Of a stretch of DNA of 64,000 bases, positions 18,942 to 28,053 are shown piece after piece. The stretch lies in the NCBI GenBank assembly GCA_013214705.1, contig JABSRZ010000003.1, positions 401,443 through 465,442 on the forward strand. The letters run 5' to 3'. Positions within the stretch are counted from its first letter, which is position 1. Every line of letters begins with the position of its first letter. A program made the position numbers and the translations under genes. The DNA comes from Hyphomicrobiales bacterium (lineage in GTDB: Bacteria; Pseudomonadota; Alphaproteobacteria; Rhizobiales; OSC116). The notes under the pieces are model-generated. The model was not told where the DNA came from. It worked only from the letters and a program-made list of their open reading frames with translations, and did no database searches.

Positions 18942-19684
18942 TTAAGAGAAGTGCTGCATCAACATGGCGGTGAAGGATTTGGCATTCAAAGATGGCGGCG
19001 CGGCTTCAAGTTGGATGATCAGATAATTCCAAATTATCGCGGGGATGAAAGGTTTTATGACGATATCCGTATCTTGGCTACTGGTAGCAAGTGGGTCGAG
19101 AATTGATATGCCTGCGCCCGTCCTTACCAGCTCATATATCGTTTTTTGGGTTCTGGTCTCGATTAACAATTCGCGATCTATTTTTGCCTGATTAAAAACA
19201 TTGTCGATTAAATTGCGAAACGGGCTAGGTTTTGCCCAATCATCGAAACAACGCCAATGTCAAAACGCCGGGCGCGTATCATTTTTAGAGCTTGGGTATT
19301 GGGCGCGGTTTCCAGTTCAATGCTGACTTTTGGGTAGCGTTTGGTAAATAGCGCAATCAACGCTGGTAAAAAGCTTTCTAAACAAACAGGCATTGCTACG
19401 ATGCGCAAACTGCCCTGTTGTTAATTGGCAATAATTTCTGCGGCTCCTCGTATTTCTTCTAAGCCGATAAAAGCTCTTTCTAGCTCACTATATAGCGCCT
19501 GTACCTCTGGCGTTGGCTCTAAGCGATTGGGTTTGCGGATAAAAAATTGCAAACTGGTATTATATTCAAGGTCAGAAATGAGCCGGTTGATGGCTGGCTG
19601 GGTGCTGAATAACATCTTTGCGACCTCGCTGCTCGAGCCGGTGTCCATGACAGCTCTAAACGCTTCTAATTGTCGGAAATTCAT
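18942..19684 (-). pseudogene. LysR-family transcriptional regulator pseudogene (one in-frame TAA plus at least one frameshift)
   Basis: Three consecutive ORF pieces cover the gene: 19421-19684 (HTH), 19208-19408 and 18942-19169 (effector domain). The first two are in the same frame, separated by a TAA at 19421-19423. The third is in a different frame. Confidence 0.8.
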
Positions 19685-19784
19685 AAATTGCCCACTTTTT
19701 TGAAGTTACCTATTGCTTAGTATAAGATTTTGTTACGCAAAGCCTGATGATATTGAATTGAAATTATGCTAAAAAACATATATA

Positions 19785-20564
19785 ATGGCCTCAACATTAA
19801 TTAATCCAAGGCAAGCTTACATGGAGTGGACATTACTTTTGATAGTCACCTTTTTAGCCGCCACAGTGCAATCGGCGACTGGCTTTGGGTTTGGCTTAAT
19901 CGCTGTTTCGGTGTTCTTAATTTTGCTCAACTCGGTTGCTGCCATCCAAATTGTAATCATCATCACTCTGATAATGTCGTGCATTCACTGGCCAAAATTG
20001 CGCGGATTGGCGCCGACAAACCTGTTAAAATGGCTGTTGGTTGGTTGTACGCTCGGCTTCCCGCTGGGCATATTGGTTTTTGAGTTATTGGATATTGAGG
20101 CCATCAAAATGGTTGTGGCTATTTTGATCATCTTGATCAGCCTGCAGAATGGATGGTTGCTGTTCGCCGGGCAGAAACAAAATACTAAATCTAATGATCA
20201 ACAACATAAAACCAGCACCGTGCTCGGCGTTGGAATTGTCTCGGGTCTTATGGCCAGCGCCATGGCGATGCCCGGCCCAGCCATTATGCTCTACCTGTCA
20301 AGAACCAGCTTAAGCAAAAATGAAATTCGCGGCACCATTATAACCTCATTTGTATTTTCATATGCCGGGGCCTTGGTGCTACAAACTGCATTTGTTGGCA
20401 TTGATAGCCAAACTTGGGTTACCGCTGGCATGCTAACACCAGCAGCGCTCATTGGGGTTGTTGCTGGCCATATGTTGTCTAATAAAATTAACCAGAAACT
20501 TTTTAAGTGGTTGATTTTACTAGTTTTATTATTGACGGGTTTATTTATGTTATTCAACCTTTAA
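19785..20564 (+). CDS. TauE/SafE (DUF81) family anion exporter, candidate sulfite exporter (CuyZ/TauE-like)
   Basis: A 259-aa protein with about 7-8 TM helices and the internal-duplication architecture typical of DUF81. It lies adjacent to a CuyA/DcyD-family lyase. Confidence 0.75.
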   Translation: MASTLINPRQAYMEWTLLLIVTFLAATVQSATGFGFGLIAVSVFLILLNSVAAIQIVIIITLIMSCIHWPKLRGLAPTNLLKWLLVGCTLGFPLGILVFELLDIEAIKMVVAILIILISLQNGWLLFAGQKQNTKSNDQQHKTSTVLGVGIVSGLMASAMAMPGPAIMLYLSRTSLSKNEIRGTIITSFVFSYAGALVLQTAFVGIDSQTWVTAGMLTPAALIGVVAGHMLSNKINQKLFKWLILLVLLLTGLFMLFNL

Positions 20565-20601
20565 AGCTTTATTTTTATCAATTTTTTTAAAAGAGTCCGC
20601 T

Positions 20602-21609
20602 ATGTTAACTGATGATTACCCCCGCGTAGAGCTGTCGCATTCCCCCACACCACTAGAGTGTTTGAATAATTTGAGCCAAAAGCTCGGCGGCCCTAAAATT
20701 TGGGTAAAGCGCGATGATTGCACCGGGCTTGCCATGGGCGGCAATAAAGTGCGGCAGCTGGAATATTATATCGGCGATGCGGTGGCCAAAGGCGCGGACA
20801 CCATACTTACCACCGGTGCCATTCAATCTAACCAAGTGCGGTTGACCATAGCGGCCGCGCGTAAATTGGGTTTAGGAGTTGAGGTACAGTTAGAAGAGCG
20901 GGTTGCAGGGCGGCCAAAGGAATATTACGAATCGGGCAACCCATTTTTGATGAATTTAATGGGTGCGAAAATTCATCACTACCCCGTCGGCGAAGATGAA
21001 GAAGGCGCTGACCGCGCGCTTTATGGCTATGCCGATGAGCTTAGCAAAGCTGGCAAAACTCCTTATGTTATACCGCTGGCGGCAAACCATACGCCCTATG
21101 GGTCGCTGGGTTATGTGCAATGTGCAGAGGAATTGCTTGAGCAATTTAAGCAACAAGGGCTAGAAATAGATGGCATTATAGTGCCAACAGGCAGCGCAAC
21201 CACTCATGCAGGCTTGCTCGCCGGATTGCGGGCTTTGAATAGCAAAATACCCATTTACGGGTTTTGTGTGCGTCGAGACCAAGAAAGCCAAGCCGTGCGG
21301 GTGTTGGCCAAAGCCGAAAAAGTTGCTGAAATGATTGGCCATGCGGGCGTGGTTAGCCAAGATGATATTTGGACCAATGACAGAATGCTGCAGCCCGGCT
21401 ATGGGAAATTTAATGAAGAGGTGCAGCAAGCAATACTTCTAAGCGCCAGTTGTGATGGCTTGCTTTTAGACCCGGTTTACACCGGCAAAGCCATGGCTGG
21501 GCTGATCCATTTGGTTGAAAGTGGCCATTTTAAACCCGGTCAAAATATTGTGTTTTTACACACGGGTGGCACACCGGCATTGTTTGGTTACCCAGAATTA
21601 ATTGCCTGA
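20602..21609 (+). CDS. PLP-dependent D-cysteine desulfhydrase / L-cysteate sulfo-lyase (CuyA) / ACC-deaminase family enzyme
   Basis: It is collinear with E. coli DcyD as recalled: SPTPLE.., KRDD..MGGNK.R.LE, TTGAIQSNQVR, LDPVYTGKAMAGLI, FLHTGGTPALF. Substrate specificity cannot be decided from sequence. Confidence 0.85.
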   Translation: MLTDDYPRVELSHSPTPLECLNNLSQKLGGPKIWVKRDDCTGLAMGGNKVRQLEYYIGDAVAKGADTILTTGAIQSNQVRLTIAAARKLGLGVEVQLEERVAGRPKEYYESGNPFLMNLMGAKIHHYPVGEDEEGADRALYGYADELSKAGKTPYVIPLAANHTPYGSLGYVQCAEELLEQFKQQGLEIDGIIVPTGSATTHAGLLAGLRALNSKIPIYGFCVRRDQESQAVRVLAKAEKVAEMIGHAGVVSQDDIWTNDRMLQPGYGKFNEEVQQAILLSASCDGLLLDPVYTGKAMAGLIHLVESGHFKPGQNIVFLHTGGTPALFGYPELIA

Positions 21610-21640
21610 ATGGCTGGCTGCCTGAATCTTTACCAAAAAT

Positions 21641-22525
21641 CTAGACCAAAAATGCCGAACGGTTTGCCAATATAACACTGGCAGCATGGTCGACAAAGGC
21701 GCGCACACGCGCAGTTTTACGCAAATCATTGTGCAATAACAACCATATCGACCTATTGGGCTCTACCGCCACATGGGGGATGCGCACCAGCCTTGGGTCT
21801 GTATCAGCTAGAAAACACGGTATCATTATCATGCCAATATGGTTTGCAGCTGCCTCTATTTGCATAAATGGCTCCGGCAACTTGTGGCGCATACCAGCAT
21901 TGGGAAACGGGCTATCTTTAACCCATTCTAGCTCGTCATCTCCCCAACCAATCCAATGCGCTCCGGCGCCATCACCAATTGTTAACTCTGGGTGGTCTAG
22001 CAAATATTGTGGTGAAGCAAATGCACCCACCACATAGGTTAGTAGGCGGCGGCCGACCAAATCATCATCTACCTGATAACCAATTCTTATGGAAATATCT
22101 GCCTCTTGGCGGGCAAGGTTTGACACATCATTGGTGGCGATTAATTTTACCGTAATGTCTGGATATGCGATGGTAAAACTGGCTAAAATTGGCGCCAAAA
22201 ACCCCTGCGCAAAGGATGGCGGCAAACTAACTGTAATTTCGCCAGATGGGATGGCATCAAGGCCACGTATTTTGCGTGATATCTTATCGGTTTGGCGCTC
22301 TATTTCTTCGGCATGTTCTACCAAAGATTCACCAGCTTCTGTAAGGCTTAAGCCGCCTGATGAGCGGTCAAAAATACGCGTGCCAAGCCTGTCTTCGAGG
22401 CCTTTTAGAGCGCGGCTAACGGTGGCATGGTTAACCTTCAACTCATCGGAGGCACCGCGCAGGCTGCCAGCACGATGCGCCGCTAAAAAAATACGCAAAT
22501 GGTCCCAATTCATCGATCTTGGCAT
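21641..22525 (-). CDS. LysR-family transcriptional regulator (intact), divergent from the DUF427-egtBD operon
   Basis: The N-terminal wHTH (WDHLRIFLAAHRAGSLRGASDELKVNHATVSRALKGLE) and a LysR substrate-binding domain. Confidence 0.9.
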   Translation of the reverse strand: MPRSMNWDHLRIFLAAHRAGSLRGASDELKVNHATVSRALKGLEDRLGTRIFDRSSGGLSLTEAGESLVEHAEEIERQTDKISRKIRGLDAIPSGEITVSLPPSFAQGFLAPILASFTIAYPDITVKLIATNDVSNLARQEADISIRIGYQVDDDLVGRRLLTYVVGAFASPQYLLDHPELTIGDGAGAHWIGWGDDELEWVKDSPFPNAGMRHKLPEPFMQIEAAANHIGMIMIPCFLADTDPRLVRIPHVAVEPNRSIWLLLHNDLRKTARVRAFVDHAASVILANRSAFLV

Positions 22526-22541
22526 TAATCACCCTTTGCGT

Positions 22542-22592
22542 AAATCACTCTGTTGCTTAAATCATGCTGTTGCTTAAATCATGCTGTTGCGG
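22542..22592. repeat. Three tandem 17-bp repeats in the LysR / egt divergent promoter region
   Basis: AAATCACTCTGTTGCTT / AAATCATGCTGTTGCTT / AAATCATGCTGTTGCGG, starting 17 nt upstream of the LysR start codon. Confidence 0.9.
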
Positions 22593-22654
22593 ATCACATT
22601 CAATCCATGTTGGATGAATAATAGCCCTATCGGGATCAAAATCAATCCATTAAA

Positions 22655-22675
22655 CTAAGATCTTAGCATATATGC
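22655..22675. promoter_or_regulatory. Two adjoining perfect palindromes upstream of the DUF427 gene, candidate operator/promoter elements
   Basis: CTAAGATCTTAG (22655-22666) and GCATATATGC (22666-22675), 25-45 nt upstream of the ATG at 22700. Their function is not demonstrated. Confidence 0.35.
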
Positions 22676-22699
22676 AAATTTACCAGCGGAGTTGAATGA

Positions 22700-23140
22700 A
22701 TGTCAGATCCAAAGCCAGTGAAAGATTTTGTAGCCAGCGATATAACCATGGTCAAAAACGCCATACATAACCCGGCCGACCCGCGCCATTACGCCCGGGT
22801 AAAACCAGTGGAGCGGCTAATAAGCATAACCTATAAAGGCCAGATTTTAGCCCAAACAACCAATGGCTTACGGGTTTTAGAAGTGGGGCACGACCTTTAT
22901 GACCCAGCACTTTATTTGCCAGTTGATGCCATCAAAGTCAAATTAGTTATTAACCAAAAAACTAGCCATTGCCCGCTAAAAGGTGATGCCCAATATTTTA
23001 ATCTAATTGACCAAGACAATAACATAATTGAAGAAAATATCGCTTGGTCATACCCCGAACCATTTGGTTTTATAGACGCTATAAAAGGCAAAATTTCGTT
23101 TTACACTGACCGAGTGACTATGGAGGAAGCGCCTTTATGA
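22700..23140 (+). CDS. DUF427 domain protein
   Basis: A 146-aa protein with the DUF427 hallmark (..TSHCPLKGDAQYFNL.., ..IAWSYPEP.., ..KGKISFY.DRV). Its stop overlaps the egtB start (ATGA). Confidence 0.75.
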   Translation: MSDPKPVKDFVASDITMVKNAIHNPADPRHYARVKPVERLISITYKGQILAQTTNGLRVLEVGHDLYDPALYLPVDAIKVKLVINQKTSHCPLKGDAQYFNLIDQDNNIIEENIAWSYPEPFGFIDAIKGKISFYTDRVTMEEAPL

Positions 23141-24390
23141 ACCAGATTGTGACAAATATCTCGCTGCCGCCAGCCAAAGCGATTGCGTTGTTTGAAAAAG
23201 TTAGAACACAAACTCAAGCTTTGGTATCGCCACTAACCGCCGAGGATATGGCCTTGCAATCCATGCAGGACGCCAGCCCGCCAAAATGGCATTTGGCTCA
23301 TACCACTTGGTTTTTCGAAGAGTTTATTTTAAAACCCCGGATTGCCAATTATCAATCGCCAGATGATAGATTTGCGTTTTTATTCAACTCTTATTATGTC
23401 AAAGCCGGGCCGCGGCACGCACGCAACAAGCGCGGTTTGTTATCGCGCCCGAGTGTGGACGAAGTCATGAACTATCGTGCGCATGTGAATGACGCGCTTA
23501 ATAACCTGCTTAATGCGGACCGCGATGACATAGAGGACATTGCCAGATTGGTTGAATTGGGTTGCCACCACGAGATGCAACATCAAGAATTATTGGTGAC
23601 AGATCTGTTGCACGCATTTTCCTACAACCCGTTAATGCCAGCTTTTCGCGACCCAGAACCCATGCCAACCACAGATGAAATGGCGCTTACATTTACAAAA
23701 TATTCAGGCGGTTTGCTGGAAATTGGCAATGTAGGCGAACAATTTGCTTATGATTGCGAGCAACCGCGCCACAAAACTTATATCGAGCCATTTAAACTTG
23801 CCAATCGCGCCGTTAGCAACCGCGATTGGATAGAATTTATGCAAACTGGTGGTTATCTAGACCCGACTTTGTGGCTGATGGATGGTTGGGCCAAATGCCA
23901 AAGCGAAAAATGGAGCGCGCCGCTTTACTGGTGGCAACAAGATGATGAATGGTGGACATATACCTTGCGCGGTGCACAACCGGTTAACTTAGACGCGCCG
24001 GTGGTACATGTTAGCTTTTATGAGGCCGAAGCTTTTGCCCGGTGGGCAGCAGCCCGCCTGCCGACCGAAGCAGAATGGGAAGTTGCAGCCGAGCTATTGC
24101 CAATTAAAGGCAATTTTTTAGAAACCAATAATTTACGGCCACTACCAAATGGTGGCCTTTGGGGAGATGTGTGGGAATGGACGCAAAGTCCGTTTAGCCC
24201 CTACCCGGGTTTTCAACCCCCAGAAGGTGCGGTTGGTGAATATAATGGTAAATTTATGGTCAACCAATTTGTATTGCGCGGTGGCTCTTGTGCCACGCCT
24301 TTGGCGCAAATGCGGCCAACATATCGAACATTTTTCTACCCACATCAGCGTTGGCAAATGTTGGGTCTGCGCTTGGCAAAAAACAGTTAA
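23137..24390 (+). CDS. egtB: Ergothioneine biosynthesis sulfoxide synthase EgtB (DinB_2 + FGE-sulfatase domains)
   Basis: The DinB-type iron site (WHLAHTTWFFE, LGCHHEMQHQELL) and a C-terminal FGE-like domain (GDVWEWTQSPF, VLRGGSCATP). Confidence 0.88.
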   Translation: MNQIVTNISLPPAKAIALFEKVRTQTQALVSPLTAEDMALQSMQDASPPKWHLAHTTWFFEEFILKPRIANYQSPDDRFAFLFNSYYVKAGPRHARNKRGLLSRPSVDEVMNYRAHVNDALNNLLNADRDDIEDIARLVELGCHHEMQHQELLVTDLLHAFSYNPLMPAFRDPEPMPTTDEMALTFTKYSGGLLEIGNVGEQFAYDCEQPRHKTYIEPFKLANRAVSNRDWIEFMQTGGYLDPTLWLMDGWAKCQSEKWSAPLYWWQQDDEWWTYTLRGAQPVNLDAPVVHVSFYEAEAFARWAAARLPTEAEWEVAAELLPIKGNFLETNNLRPLPNGGLWGDVWEWTQSPFSPYPGFQPPEGAVGEYNGKFMVNQFVLRGGSCATPLAQMRPTYRTFFYPHQRWQMLGLRLAKNS

Positions 24391-24403
24391 TTAGGTATAT
24401 TTT

Positions 24404-25342
24404 ATGGACAAACGTATTATAAACAACATCGATTTGCTAACTTCGGCATTGGCTAGCCTGTCGGCGGAAAATAAGTGGTTAGACAGCAAATGGTTTTATG
24501 ACCCGGCTGGCAGCGTTTTGTTTGAAGACATTACCAAGCTGCCCGAATATTACCCCACCCGCACAGAAGTTAAAATTTTAACCAAAAATATCGACCAATT
24601 ACAGGCCTACATACCCGATGGCGCGGCGCTGGTTGAACTGGGTAGCGGTTCGAGCACCAAAACCCGAATTTTGCTCGACAGGTTTCACAATTTAAACGCT
24701 TATCTGCCACTGGACATATCGGAAGAATTTTTAAAACAATCGGCCAATGAACTGGCTTTTGATTACCCCGATTTAATTGTCGACCCGGTGGTTGCCGACT
24801 TTATGGTGCCGTTTAAATTTCCTGAGAACCATGTAAACAGCAGCAAAATTGCGTTTTTTCCCGGATCGACTATCGGTAATTTAGAGAGTGATAAAGCCAT
24901 TCAACTATTGGCCAGCATCCATGAATGGAACCAAGTGTCTGCCTTTATCATCGGCATCGATTTGATTAAAGATATTGACACATTGATATCCGCTTATGAT
25001 GATGCGGCTGGCGTCACCGCCGCGTTCAACCTAAATATTTTACACCGTATGAACCGCGAAATCGGGGCAAATTTTGACTTAGAAAAATATAAGCATGAAG
25101 CCCGGTGGAATGTTGAACAGTCTAGAATAGAGATGCATCTGGTCAGTCTGGTTGCGCAAATTGTTAACATTGGCGCAACCAAAATATGCTTTGAAGCTGG
25201 TGAGAGCATTCACACCGAGAATAGCCATAAATACAGCCAACAGAGTTTTGCCAAAATCGCTGCTCAAAGTGGCTGGAATATTAGCAAATTCATTACCGAT
25301 GAGGATGATTTTTTCGCCGTCGCGGTGCTTCAACCCAAATGA
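24404..25342 (+). CDS. egtD: L-histidine N-alpha-methyltransferase EgtD
   Basis: LPEYYPTRTE, the SAM-binding ELGSGSSTKTRILL, and the C-terminal ENSHKY motif. Confidence 0.9.
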   Translation: MDKRIINNIDLLTSALASLSAENKWLDSKWFYDPAGSVLFEDITKLPEYYPTRTEVKILTKNIDQLQAYIPDGAALVELGSGSSTKTRILLDRFHNLNAYLPLDISEEFLKQSANELAFDYPDLIVDPVVADFMVPFKFPENHVNSSKIAFFPGSTIGNLESDKAIQLLASIHEWNQVSAFIIGIDLIKDIDTLISAYDDAAGVTAAFNLNILHRMNREIGANFDLEKYKHEARWNVEQSRIEMHLVSLVAQIVNIGATKICFEAGESIHTENSHKYSQQSFAKIAAQSGWNISKFITDEDDFFAVAVLQPK

Positions 25343-25365
25343 CCTAAAACGCCCCATAAACCCGC

Positions 25366-26790
25366 CTATTTTAGCGAAAATAGATTTTTGATGTCTTGCC
25401 AAATGTCTCGAAACACCGACAGGTCGGCAACAGGTCGGCCATGTTTTCGTTCGGATTTGCGCATTTCAAACCCGGCATATATGCCCGCAGCTATGTTGCT
25501 AGCCGCCAAAGCGATTAATATAACCGTCACATTGAAATAAGCGGCGAGGAATAGAGGCGGGATGGTGAATAGCAAGGTTTTTACCGACATTAGTTTGAGC
25601 GACAATAATGGCAGTTGCAGGCCGTTAAAAATGGCCGAAGTGACATTTAAAATGCCATAAAAACCATATGAAACTGCCACGATGCGGAAGTAGAAAGTGA
25701 CAAAATTGATGATTTTTGGATCTTGCGAGAATATGGCAGCAATCCACGGGCCAAGCAAGGCCAGTGCGATAAAAATAACCACGCCCATATAAAGTGACGC
25801 TTTGCCAGCAAAAATAATGGCTGTATCAATGCGGTCATGCCGCCCGGCTCCAAAGTTTTGGGCTATAAATGGGGTCATTGCCGAACTCACGGCAAAAATA
25901 CCAATCAGGGCGAGTGCTTCGATGCGGCTAGCAACGCCAAACGCCGCTACCATTTCAGCCCCATAACCGGCCAACAAAAAGGTTACGAACATGCCGGTTG
26001 CGGGCACTAATAATTGCATAATTATGGTTGGCAATGCAATTTTAAAAATATCCTTAAACCCATGCCAAACGGCAGCAAAGTTGAACAGGCTGACAATGCT
26101 AATTAGTTGTTTACGCAGCATAATTACCGTCATGCCGATAAAAATAAACCCAAATGACATGGCCGTGGCAATGGCGGCGCCTTCTAGCCCGAGCTCAGGG
26201 AATGGCCCGATGCCAAAAATTAACAGATAATCAAACACCAGATTAATAACCCCAGCAATGGCGAAAATAACCTCGGTCAGCATCAAAACCCCGGTGGCAC
26301 GTACTGCACCGCTGCCAACAATGCCAAACACTAATAAAGGAAAACTCAAATATAAAATGCTCATATAACTATCGATCAGTGGCAGCACCGTTGCATCTGC
26401 TCCCAAGCCGCTAAACATTGGCGCTATCGCCTCGCGGGCGGCAAAGCTTGCAACGCCAGACAAAATTATCACCAATAACAGTGCCAAGGTTGTTAGCAAC
26501 CGCACTTTTGCTATGTCGGCCGCGCCTGCCGCTTTGGCCACAACTGAGGAGACGCCAATGGACATGCCAATGAATACCGCAATGAACATGAAATAGGCCG
26601 TGGATGAAAATGCCAACGCCGCCAATTCGTTAGAGCCGAGCTGGCCGACAAAATAGGTGTCGACTATTTGAAATAAAAATGTCGACATCATGCCGATGCT
26701 GATCGGTGCGGCCATTTTGAACAGCATTTTATTTACGGGCGCATCGATGAGGCTGGTATTGGGGCTAGATTTTGTAGCGTTGGTGGCCAT
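25366..26790 (-). CDS. MATE family efflux transporter
   Basis: A 474-aa, 12-TM protein with a MATE-typical N-terminus (..KMLFKMAAPISIGMMSTFLFQIVDTYFVGQLG). Confidence 0.85.
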   Translation of the reverse strand: MATNATKSSPNTSLIDAPVNKMLFKMAAPISIGMMSTFLFQIVDTYFVGQLGSNELAALAFSSTAYFMFIAVFIGMSIGVSSVVAKAAGAADIAKVRLLTTLALLLVIILSGVASFAAREAIAPMFSGLGADATVLPLIDSYMSILYLSFPLLVFGIVGSGAVRATGVLMLTEVIFAIAGVINLVFDYLLIFGIGPFPELGLEGAAIATAMSFGFIFIGMTVIMLRKQLISIVSLFNFAAVWHGFKDIFKIALPTIIMQLLVPATGMFVTFLLAGYGAEMVAAFGVASRIEALALIGIFAVSSAMTPFIAQNFGAGRHDRIDTAIIFAGKASLYMGVVIFIALALLGPWIAAIFSQDPKIINFVTFYFRIVAVSYGFYGILNVTSAIFNGLQLPLLSLKLMSVKTLLFTIPPLFLAAYFNVTVILIALAASNIAAGIYAGFEMRKSERKHGRPVADLSVFRDIWQDIKNLFSLK

Positions 26791-26818
26791 ATTTGAATCC
26801 TTGTAAAAAACCAGTGGG

Positions 26819-27388
26819 TTAACCGTGCCGCAGAAAGATTGGAATTATGATCTCTTCTTCATCGGCAATATGTCTGATCATTATTTTTTTGAGCTGGTGG
26901 GCATGGTTATATAATTTAGCTGTGGAATCGGTGGAAATACCGTGTTGAACAAGCGCGTCTAGGCTTTTTTTGGTATTTTCAAGAGCTTCATCTAATATTT
27001 TATGATCGCCATCCAACAATCTAAACGCCCTGTCCATACCCGGATAAAGCCGTTCAAACTGCGGAAAATAACCATGATCTTCAATCTCATGGTGGCCATG
27101 GGCAAATTGGATGAGATGGCGGCCATGATTGACTAATTGTGACTGTTGAATGAGGGTTTTTGCGTCAGTTAAATTCATATCTAAAACCCGCTCTAGGGTT
27201 GATGACAACTGAAGCGAACCATCGATTAGCTGGCGGTGAATGTTCATAAAGAAACGCGCTTTACCCGCATAACGCGGGTGTTTTTGCCATTCTGTTTGGG
27301 CTTCCTCAAGCAGGGTCTGACGGATTGCACGGGGCAATCCATCACGTTTGGCCACATGAAAGGTGGGGTTTTGATAATCCATCAACAT
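26819..27388 (-). CDS. Hemerythrin-like (HHE cation-binding) domain protein
   Basis: His/Glu-rich metal-ligand motifs are spaced as in hemerythrin-like domains (FMNIHRQL, HGHHEIEDHGYFP, HIADEEE). Confidence 0.65.
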   Translation of the reverse strand: MLMDYQNPTFHVAKRDGLPRAIRQTLLEEAQTEWQKHPRYAGKARFFMNIHRQLIDGSLQLSSTLERVLDMNLTDAKTLIQQSQLVNHGRHLIQFAHGHHEIEDHGYFPQFERLYPGMDRAFRLLDGDHKILDEALENTKKSLDALVQHGISTDSTAKLYNHAHQLKKIMIRHIADEEEIIIPIFLRHG

Positions 27389-27391
27389 TGG

Positions 27392-28027
27392 CTAACCTTC
27401 GACGTTAACTTTGGGTGAATTGCCTTGCGCTGCATGCACTATTAGCACCGCCGGGTCGGCCGCGAGTTTACGGATGATGCGGTCAACATTTTTATATTCA
27501 GATGTTGGTACATCAAAGCCATAAGCCCAGTTGGCCATGGGGTATAGAAATGCATCTGCTACCGATTTAGCGTCGCCGACCATCCAATGTTTGCCTTCTA
27601 GATGTTGGTCAATATGGGTTAGCGCCTTGCCAACCAGCAATTGCGCTGCGGCTTTGACCGCCTCTAGGCCGTTTTCATCGGTGGTGAAACGCTGTGGCAT
27701 AAAATATGGCCAAAAATAAGGGTGCAAAGTGCCAGAAATATAGACCAACCACTTGTGCAGGTCGACCCGCTCGGGCGTACCATGAGCTGGGCCAATGTTA
27801 GCCGCTGAATTTTGGTCGACCAGATGGAGCAATATCGCCATGCCTTCGGGCAGGATTAAATCACCATCAACCAGTGTCGGCACCACGCCAGAGCCATTGA
27901 TTTTAAGATATTCGGCGGATTTCATGGCCATAAAATCGAGATGTTCGACCTCATATGGTTTGCCGATCCATTCAAGTACGATGTGCATCGCGGTGGCGCA
28001 AGTGCCAGCGGCAGAATAAAGTTTCAT
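27392..28027 (-). CDS. Glutathione S-transferase
   Basis: A thioredoxin-like N-domain (MKLYSA.G.C....H..LEW..PYEV, VPTLVDGD) and a helical C-domain. The product is 211 aa. Confidence 0.85.
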   Translation of the reverse strand: MKLYSAAGTCATAMHIVLEWIGKPYEVEHLDFMAMKSAEYLKINGSGVVPTLVDGDLILPEGMAILLHLVDQNSAANIGPAHGTPERVDLHKWLVYISGTLHPYFWPYFMPQRFTTDENGLEAVKAAAQLLVGKALTHIDQHLEGKHWMVGDAKSVADAFLYPMANWAYGFDVPTSEYKNVDRIIRKLAADPAVLIVHAAQGNSPKVNVEG

Positions 28028-28053
28028 ATATTTTTCTTTCGGTTTTAAAAATA

